Assembly (NCBI GenBank): GCA_963677595.1
Contig: OY782041.1
Span: forward strand, 3,744,001-3,808,000
Reading direction: 5' to 3'
Length of the DNA: 64,000 nt
Origin: Spirochaetia bacterium
GTDB taxonomy: Bacteria > Spirochaetota > Spirochaetia > CAKZLE01
Shown here: positions 57,589-64,000 of the stretch, in pieces
Numbering within the stretch: the first letter of the stretch is position 1
How the letters are laid out: every line of letters starts with the position of its first letter
The notes under the pieces: model-generated
What the model was told of the DNA's origin: nothing
The model's database searches: none
The model's input: only the letters and a program-made list of their open reading frames with translations
Translations under genes and position numbers: made by a program

Positions 57589-57945
57589 TGGAGGTGGCGG
57601 GAATCGAACCCGCGTCCTACAGGGCTGTCGCATGACGTCTACAAGCTTATTCCTATATTTAGCTTCACACAGACAGGGTCATAGGACGAACCCCGTGCTA
57701 TGCTACATCCGAATAGATGTCCCTTGCTGACCATCGGCATGAAAGCAGGTGAGCCCTGGAATTGTTACAGATAACGATGGATTCAGGGCGGCGTCCATCA
57801 CATCCGTCGCAGCGATTATGCTGCTAAAGCAAAGTCTGCTTCGTAATTTTCTTCAGCAGTTACATTAATGCCAGGATTTAGGAGTGTAGCGACTCCGCTG
57901 CAGCCATGAAACTAGCGATCCGGCAGTCGAAACCAGTGCACCCCC
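57589..57945 (-). ncRNA. ssrA: tmRNA; tag peptide (A)AEENYEADFALAA
   Basis: 5' GGGGGTGCACTGGTTTCGAC pairs with 3' CACCTCCA, giving the G3-U alanine pair; T-arm GCGGGTTCGATTCCCGC; tag reading frame 57857-57816; directly downstream of smpB. Confidence 0.97.
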
Positions 57946-58004
57946 GAATTGCATCATAGATAATACTCATATTACTGGAAAAAGGAAAGGGTCACAGGCA
58001 AAGA

Positions 58005-58454
58005 TTACATCTTTATTTGCCGCTGGGCCTCACGCTTCTGGTCCCGTTCCTTGATCGTGTTCCGCTTGTCGTGGAGCTTCTTACCCCGTCCGAGGGAGAC
58101 CTCCACCTTGATGAGGCTCTGCTTGAAGTATACCTTCGTGAGGATGAGGGAGAAGCCCTTCTCATCGACCTTACGCTTCAGTTTCTTGATCTCCTGTTTT
58201 GAGGCAAGGAGCTTGCGGTTCCTGTCAGGCTCATGGTTATGGATGCTCCCGTGGGAGTAGGGCGACACATGGAAACCTACGAGGATGAGCTCCCCATCGA
58301 TGATCCTGATGTAGGAGTCGCTGAAGGAGAATTTGTTCGCCCTGATCGACTTCACCTCAGTCCCTTCGAGCACGATGCCGCACTCGAGCGACTCGACGAT
58401 CTCGTAGTTGAAGTAAGCCTTCTTGTTCTTCTGCAGTATCTTTATATCACCCAT
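58005..58454 (-). CDS. smpB: SsrA-binding protein
   Basis: NKKAYFNY, GIVLEGTEVKSIR, RKLL, GKKLHDKR. Confidence 0.98.
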   Translation of the reverse strand: MGDIKILQKNKKAYFNYEIVESLECGIVLEGTEVKSIRANKFSFSDSYIRIIDGELILVGFHVSPYSHGSIHNHEPDRNRKLLASKQEIKKLKRKVDEKGFSLILTKVYFKQSLIKVEVSLGRGKKLHDKRNTIKERDQKREAQRQIKM

Positions 58455-58455
58455 G

Positions 58456-59820
58456 TTACTTAACGATCCTCACTGCGGTCCTGAACCCGATGAAGGGGGA
58501 ACAGGATGCCGCTTCGACCATGCCCCGTGTCTCTACAGTGACCCCGTCATTCGCGTAACTGCCGCCCTTGACCGTCAGCAGCCCGGCAGGTAGGTCAAGA
58601 TGTGTCCCTGCAGTCTGACGGGTCTCCTCGTCTAGGTACTGGGGGTTGAACAGGTAGCTTGTAGAGGTCATCTCCCAAAGACTGCCGAACATGCCGAAGA
58701 GCTCCTTCGCAGGAGTCGTCACGCTCAGGAGCTGCCGCACATAGCTCGATTCTGTAGCGTATGCGGCTGCAGCCGCATCCCACTGCTCCTCGGTCGGCAG
58801 GAAGAGTTCCACGTCATACCCTTCACTCTTCAGCTTATTGCCGTACCAGTCAATGAAGGCCCCTACGACAGCATAGGAGATGTTCCGTACCGGGCGGTTG
58901 GCCGGGGCAGTGACATCGATCCCATCGAGGTAGAGCTCATCGACGAGTCCCTGCTCGATGAGGGAATCCATGTTCCCTGCATCCCAGGAGGGGTTCTCGA
59001 TGAGGAACTGTGCGAAGACCTCCTCAGTCATCTCTGTGGAGGCGATGTAGAACGATTCATCTGAAGTCACCTCCAGGTAGTTCATGTCGTCAATAGTAAG
59101 GGTATCATAGCTGCCGGAGGCAGAGATCCCCTCGCTCCCGGCAAAGCCTGTGCTATAGCGACTGTAGGGGATCGAAGCGGTTATGGTATCCCTGACGGCA
59201 GCAGGGAGCAGGGAGAGACCTGCCTCGTAATCGGCCTTCATCTCTTCCGAATTGAGGTAGCCAAGTGCATAGGTGAAGAACGGCACGACTGCAGTATCCT
59301 GATGATCCCCCGCAGTCACGAGATCCTCTGCTGTCTCGGTGAAGATCTGCGGGAGGAAGTAGTTCTCACTGAACTGCTTGACAGGAGCCCACTGCTCGAC
59401 CTGCGAGAGCCTCCAGCTCAGGTAGCCAGAGGTGTCTGCGATAGAGGTATCAGCGGTGAAGCGGGTCTCTTTCCGGAAGAACATGGTGAAGAAGATGTTG
59501 GCGGGGACTGCAGCAGCCTCGATGGTCGCCTCAGCGAAGTACGGCTTGCGTACCGTGATGGTATAGGTCCCCTTCTCGACGAAGTGGGGCACGCCGCTCT
59601 CTCCGATGTATTGGTCATCTACATATACGGCACAGTTCTCCACGTTCGTGTCCACCACCAGGTAGGAACCGCCGCGGATGATGCCGGGCAGCATGCAGAG
59701 GATGAAAAAGGCAGCCAGGATGCCGACGATGTAGAGTATTGGGACATATGTGGTAGGAGGTATGCCGGCGATCGGTTTGAGCTTGACGACATCCTCTTTC
59801 TCGATGGTAAGTTTCTTCAT
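58456..59820 (-). CDS. Membrane-anchored PEGA plus FGE-sulfatase (SUMF1)-like protein
   Basis: One TM helix, PEGA-like VYVDDQYIG...GTYTITVRKP; LPTEEQW, GMFGSLWEMT, KGGSYAN, FIGFR; ATG 59820 preferred. Confidence 0.85.
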   Translation of the reverse strand: MKKLTIEKEDVVKLKPIAGIPPTTYVPILYIVGILAAFFILCMLPGIIRGGSYLVVDTNVENCAVYVDDQYIGESGVPHFVEKGTYTITVRKPYFAEATIEAAAVPANIFFTMFFRKETRFTADTSIADTSGYLSWRLSQVEQWAPVKQFSENYFLPQIFTETAEDLVTAGDHQDTAVVPFFTYALGYLNSEEMKADYEAGLSLLPAAVRDTITASIPYSRYSTGFAGSEGISASGSYDTLTIDDMNYLEVTSDESFYIASTEMTEEVFAQFLIENPSWDAGNMDSLIEQGLVDELYLDGIDVTAPANRPVRNISYAVVGAFIDWYGNKLKSEGYDVELFLPTEEQWDAAAAAYATESSYVRQLLSVTTPAKELFGMFGSLWEMTSTSYLFNPQYLDEETRQTAGTHLDLPAGLLTVKGGSYANDGVTVETRGMVEAASCSPFIGFRTAVRIVK

Positions 59821-59885
59821 ATGTCGTAGATTATAGATGTCAATATAACTTGTCAATGGAAACCTATTGTGATAGGTTTTTAGTG

Positions 59886-60875
59886 ATGAAAAACACGAAC
59901 GAAATGGCCTTTACCGGGAAGCTCGTAGCCTTCACCGAGAAGAGGCTTACCATACGAAGGGCGAAGAACCGCATCACCGATGAGAAGAACAAACGCAAGG
60001 GACCGGTCAGGGAGTGGATCGAGGCGATCCTCTGGGCGGTGGTCATCGTCTTCCTCATCAACCAGTTCATCTTCCAGCTCTACCAGATCCCGACCTCATC
60101 GATGGAATCCACCCTCCTGATCAAGGACCGTGTCTTCGTGAACAAACTGGTCTTCGGTCCCGAGATCTATCCCGGTGGTCCCAAGATCCTCGATTACCGC
60201 GATCCGGAACGTGACGACATCATCATCTTCGAGAACCCGAACTATATCTCACGCGGCCCGGTCTTCGATATCCTCAACCGGGTCATCTACATGGTCACCC
60301 TGTCGATGGTGAACATCGACAAGGATGAGAACGGGAACCCAAGGGCACAGCTCTACGTGAAGCGTATGCTCGGCTTCCCCCAGGATACCGTGACCTTCGA
60401 CCAGGGGGAAGTCCTCATAACTCCTTCAGGCTACGAGACAGCGATCCCTGAGGCAGAGTTCAGGGCTGATGCAGGGCTGAACAGCTACCGGCAGCGGCTC
60501 TTCTCAGACGATGACTATACCTCGTTCACCGCCTATGCACAGCTCCAGGCCTATGCCAAGGAGGGCGTACAGGCCCCGGCAGGGCTGCAGTCGCTCTACC
60601 GGCAGAACGAACTGGGTCTGCAGGACTACTACCATATCTACAAGGAATACCACGCCATGAGGTCGAGGATCTCACCTGATGACCTCACGGTCAGGTCCGA
60701 GTACACCCGGTATAGAAACGGGTTCTACCTGCCGGACGGCTACATGCTCCCGATCGGGGACAACCGCGACAACTCAGGTGACGGACGGTATTTCGGCCCC
60801 ATAGCCATTCCAGAGGTGCTCGGGAGGGCTACCTTCAGGTTCTGGCCACTGCCGAGGATGGGTGTCCTTGATTGA
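59886..60875 (+). CDS. lepB: Signal peptidase I
   Basis: IPTSSMESTL..DRVFVNK, YVKR, GDNRDNSGDGRYFG, RFWP. Confidence 0.96.
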   Translation: MKNTNEMAFTGKLVAFTEKRLTIRRAKNRITDEKNKRKGPVREWIEAILWAVVIVFLINQFIFQLYQIPTSSMESTLLIKDRVFVNKLVFGPEIYPGGPKILDYRDPERDDIIIFENPNYISRGPVFDILNRVIYMVTLSMVNIDKDENGNPRAQLYVKRMLGFPQDTVTFDQGEVLITPSGYETAIPEAEFRADAGLNSYRQRLFSDDDYTSFTAYAQLQAYAKEGVQAPAGLQSLYRQNELGLQDYYHIYKEYHAMRSRISPDDLTVRSEYTRYRNGFYLPDGYMLPIGDNRDNSGDGRYFGPIAIPEVLGRATFRFWPLPRMGVLD

Positions 60876-62097
60876 TGCCTTTGCAGCAGCCGATCGTATA
60901 GAGGACCTCTCACTCTATATACACGTCCCATTCTGTCTGAGAAAATGCCACTACTGTGACTTCTTCTCCGCCCCCTGCAGGTCTGATGACCAGACCATCC
61001 TGGCATACGGCGCTCGGATGCTTGCCGAAGTGCGTCAGCTCAACAGGGTCTACCCCAAGCCCTTTACCACGGTGTACATCGGAGGGGGGAATCCCGGCAT
61101 GCTCCCTGACTCCCTCATGGCAGAACTGCTCGATGAGGTCCATGCGAACGGCGACCCGGATGAGGTCTCTGTGGAGATGAACCCAGAATCCCTCGACGAG
61201 AAACGGCTCTCCATGCTATCGGGGAGGATAGATCGGCTGAGCATCGGTGTGCAGTCACTGCAGGCTATCAACCTGCAGATGATCGGGAGGAACAGTACCA
61301 GGGAACGGACGCTCTCTGGACTGAATGCGCTGCACCATGTCCGTGACGCGTTCGAGATCAACTGCGATATTCTCAACGCGATCCCCGGGCAGCAGTACCA
61401 GGATACCGTGAACGATATCTCCTACCTGTATGAACTCATCAGGCCTGACCACTTCTCGGTGTATGACCTCATCCTCGAGGAGGGGACCCCGCTGCATACC
61501 CGGCTCTCGATCGACCCCCTCTATAAGACCGATGTGAATGGCAACTTCGACATCGACACCGCGAACGTCAAGCACTACCTCGAGTCACTCGGGTACGGCC
61601 GGTATGAGGTGTCCAGTTATGCACGGGATAAGCGGACCTGCCGGCACAACCAGCGGTACTGGAAGATGAGGCCGTACCTCGGCATCGGGCCGAGTGCCGT
61701 ATCCACGCTCCCCGTCCCCGGCGGTATCGCCAGGGTGACCTGCACCCCGGACAACACGAAGTACATCGCTGCCGACTCGATCCTTGGTCAGGACCTGTAT
61801 GAGGTCGAGCGCATCTCCCCGTTGGAGTTTCTCGAGGAGATCTGCATCATGGGGCTCCGTACTGCTGAAGGGATAGACCTCGCCCGGGTAGAAGAGGACC
61901 TTGATATCTCACTCGCTCAAGCGGTGCCGAAGACCCTGCACAAGTACCGCGAGCGGGGGGACCTGCTCGAGAAACCGGGATTTATTACCGCTTCCGCTTC
62001 AGGTATGGTAAAATTGAATACGATCCTCCTCGATATCTTCCTGGAGCTCGAGGGGACGGAAGTTAGCTACACGCAGGCACTTGACACCGTTTTTTAA
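60862..62097 (+). CDS. hemW: Radical SAM heme chaperone HemW (HemN-like)
   Basis: YIHVPFCLRKCHYCDF; YEVSSY; HNQRYW motif. Confidence 0.9.
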   Translation: MSLIDAFAAADRIEDLSLYIHVPFCLRKCHYCDFFSAPCRSDDQTILAYGARMLAEVRQLNRVYPKPFTTVYIGGGNPGMLPDSLMAELLDEVHANGDPDEVSVEMNPESLDEKRLSMLSGRIDRLSIGVQSLQAINLQMIGRNSTRERTLSGLNALHHVRDAFEINCDILNAIPGQQYQDTVNDISYLYELIRPDHFSVYDLILEEGTPLHTRLSIDPLYKTDVNGNFDIDTANVKHYLESLGYGRYEVSSYARDKRTCRHNQRYWKMRPYLGIGPSAVSTLPVPGGIARVTCTPDNTKYIAADSILGQDLYEVERISPLEFLEEICIMGLRTAEGIDLARVEEDLDISLAQAVPKTLHKYRERGDLLEKPGFITASASGMVKLNTILLDIFLELEGTEVSYTQALDTVF

Positions 62098-62151
62098 GCT
62101 ATGATATTTTCTCTACGTAATGAATTAGGGATATACACATGAGGAGACCAT

Positions 62152-62895
62152 ATGTCAGGACATAGTAAATGGGCATCCATCAAGCACAAGAAAGGTGCGG
62201 CTGATGCTAAGAGAGGAAAGATCTTCACCAAGATCATCAAGGAGATAACCGTTGCGGCAAAGATCGGGGGAGGGGATCCTGAGGCGAACCCGAGGCTCAG
62301 GACCGCCATTCTCAAGGCTAAGTCAGAGAACATGCCGAAAGATAATATCGAGCGTGCGATCAAGAAGGGTACAGGGGACCTCGAGGGCGTCAACTATGTT
62401 GAGCTCACCTATGAGGCGTACGGACCCGGCGGCTTCGCGCTCATTATCGAGGCACTTACCGACAACAAGAACAGGACCGCAGCAGATGTACGTTCGATCC
62501 TCACCAAGGGCGGCGGCAACCTCGGGGAGACGGGCAGCGTCTCCTACCTCTTCCAGCGGAAGGGGATCATCGCCTACGAGAGTGAGAACTACTCTGAGGA
62601 TGACCTCTTCGAGATCGCCCTCGAGGTCGGGGCTGAGGATGTCAAGAACGAAGGGGACGTGATCGAGGTCATCACGGCACCTGAGGACTTCAACGAGGTG
62701 CTCGAAGCGCTCCAGGAGAAGGGACTCACCGAGAGTTCTGCTGAGCTCACCCTCATCTCCGATACTATGATAGCCCTTGACAACGAGAAGACCGGTAAGG
62801 CACTGAGGCTGATCGACCGACTCGAAGATAACGATGACGTACAGACGGTCTCATCGAACCTCGAGATCCCGGATGACTACGAGCCAGAAGAATAG
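62152..62895 (+). CDS. yebC: YebC/PmpR-family protein
   Basis: [34 protein letters not shown]. Confidence 0.97.
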   Translation: MSGHSKWASIKHKKGAADAKRGKIFTKIIKEITVAAKIGGGDPEANPRLRTAILKAKSENMPKDNIERAIKKGTGDLEGVNYVELTYEAYGPGGFALIIEALTDNKNRTAADVRSILTKGGGNLGETGSVSYLFQRKGIIAYESENYSEDDLFEIALEVGAEDVKNEGDVIEVITAPEDFNEVLEALQEKGLTESSAELTLISDTMIALDNEKTGKALRLIDRLEDNDDVQTVSSNLEIPDDYEPEE

Positions 62896-62898
62896 CCG

Positions 62899-63393
62899 AT
62901 GACGGTATTGGGGGTCGATCCCGGTTTAGCCAACATAGGATGGGGCCTTATCCATTCCCGGAACCAGAGGATGGAGATGGTCTCCTACGGCCATCTCAGC
63001 ACTGAGGCCAACAGCCCGATAGCCGAGCGGATCGAGAAGATCGGCCGGGACCTTGAGGGGATCATATCCGAGCACCAGGTCGACGCCCTGAGCATCGAGG
63101 ATATCTACTACTTCCAGAACAAGAGCAGCGCGATCTCCGTCGCGAAGGTCATCGGGGCGATCTATTACATGGCATCGCTCCGGGGGCTGCCTGTCTTCTC
63201 ATATTCTCCCCTGCAGATCAAGACATCGATCACCGGCATAGGGAGGGCTGAGAAGCGCCAGGTACAGGAGATGGTCCGGGTCCTGCTCGGGCTTTCCGAG
63301 ATACCGAGGCCGGACCACGCAGCAGATGCCCTCGCGACCGCGATCTGCCACTGCATGCAGTCACTCGCGAAAGAAAGGATACATGCCGTATGA
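62899..63393 (+). CDS. ruvC: Holliday junction resolvase RuvC
   Basis: LGVDPG, IED, G.GRAEK.QV..MV, PDHAADALA. Confidence 0.97.
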   Translation: MTVLGVDPGLANIGWGLIHSRNQRMEMVSYGHLSTEANSPIAERIEKIGRDLEGIISEHQVDALSIEDIYYFQNKSSAISVAKVIGAIYYMASLRGLPVFSYSPLQIKTSITGIGRAEKRQVQEMVRVLLGLSEIPRPDHAADALATAICHCMQSLAKERIHAV

Positions 63394-64000
63394 TCGAAGC
63401 GATACACGGGTCGGTGGTCTCCATCGGCGCCAACCACATCATCATCTCAACAGGCAGTATCGACCTTGCCTGCCAGGTGTCGACGACCTCCAGCTCATAT
63501 TTCGGCTCCCTGCAGTCGATAGACCGTGACGATGTGACCGTCTTCACGCACCTCCACCATAAGGAGGATGTGATGGAGCTCTTCGGCTTCAGCACGAAAG
63601 AGGAGCGCTCCATGTTCTTCGAACTGATCAAGGTACAGGGGATCGGCCCGAAGCAGGCGCTGAAGATACTCTCAGGGATCACCGTGGAAGCCCTTGCGAC
63701 TGCCCTGGACCAGGGGGACCTCGACCGGCTCGTCAAGATACCCGGCCTCGGGACCAAGACGGCACAGAAGCTCGTATTGGCCCTGCGTAACAAGCTGCAG
63801 CTCTTCATGCCGGAGACGGTCGAGCGGAGTGCCGGGGAGAAGCTGCCCGATACCTGCGAGGAGATCATACACGCGCTGATAGATATGGGGTATGACAGGA
63901 AACAGGCGAGGAGCGTGGTGAAGGAGAACTACCATGCCCTCTCCTCACAGATACAAGATGAAAAACGACTGGAGGAACAGCTGTTCAAGGCATCGATCAT
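63390..64000 (+). CDS. ruvA: Holliday junction branch migration protein RuvA, runs off the window end and absent from the ORF track
   Basis: ATG 63390 overlapping the ruvC stop; MIEAIHG...LFGF...VQGIGPKQAL...IPGLGTKTAQKLVL...ALIDMGY. Confidence 0.96.
   Translation, partial: MIEAIHGSVVSIGANHIIISTGSIDLACQVSTTSSSYFGSLQSIDRDDVTVFTHLHHKEDVMELFGFSTKEERSMFFELIKVQGIGPKQALKILSGITVEALATALDQGDLDRLVKIPGLGTKTAQKLVLALRNKLQLFMPETVERSAGEKLPDTCEEIIHALIDMGYDRKQARSVVKENYHALSSQIQDEKRLEEQLFKASI

Noticed and set aside
57570-57620. tRNA-like T-arm and acceptor end
   Set aside because: It is the 3' tRNA-like domain of tmRNA; there is no anticodon arm and the pairing 5' end lies about 350 nt away.
1-64000. Very frequent TCGA and GATC words
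   Set aside because: Explained by codon pairs such as CTC-GAG, ATC-GAC and GAG-ATC across all genes; not a localised repeat.

Overview
A densely packed core-genome region of a GC-rich spirochaete (gene content and order fit Spirochaetia; this is inferred, not searched). Main blocks in order: smc (5'-truncated), ffh-rpsP-khpA-rimM-trmD-rplS, coaD, rpmF-acpP-rnc, cca, ileS, nifZ/iscS-thiI, aroB, hisS-hrpA, pcnB, a seven-gene V/A-type ATPase operon (E, DUF2764/C-like, A, B, D, I, K), ispG-uvrA-lptD-like, phoH-HD hydrolase-ybeY-corC, gap-pgk-tpiA-secG, PPIase-nusB-map-htrA, an outer-membrane barrel plus lipoprotein pair, folD-miaB-lapA, tmRNA with smpB, lepB-hemW and yebC-ruvC-ruvA (3'-truncated). 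The only accessory-looking DNA is about 2.1 kb next to the tmRNA 3' end (55.4-57.5 kb). It holds a mosaic rhuM remnant missed by the ORF track, a small hypothetical gene, an HTH-DUF4870 membrane regulator with a phased operator array, and an EFR1 ferredoxin. I found no CRISPR array, integrase, transposase, tRNA or rRNA, and no unambiguous new multi-gene system. The best leads are an SMC with no recognisable hinge, the rhuM mosaic, the one-component membrane regulator, a recurring leaderless-promoter geometry, and the barrel/lipoprotein pair.
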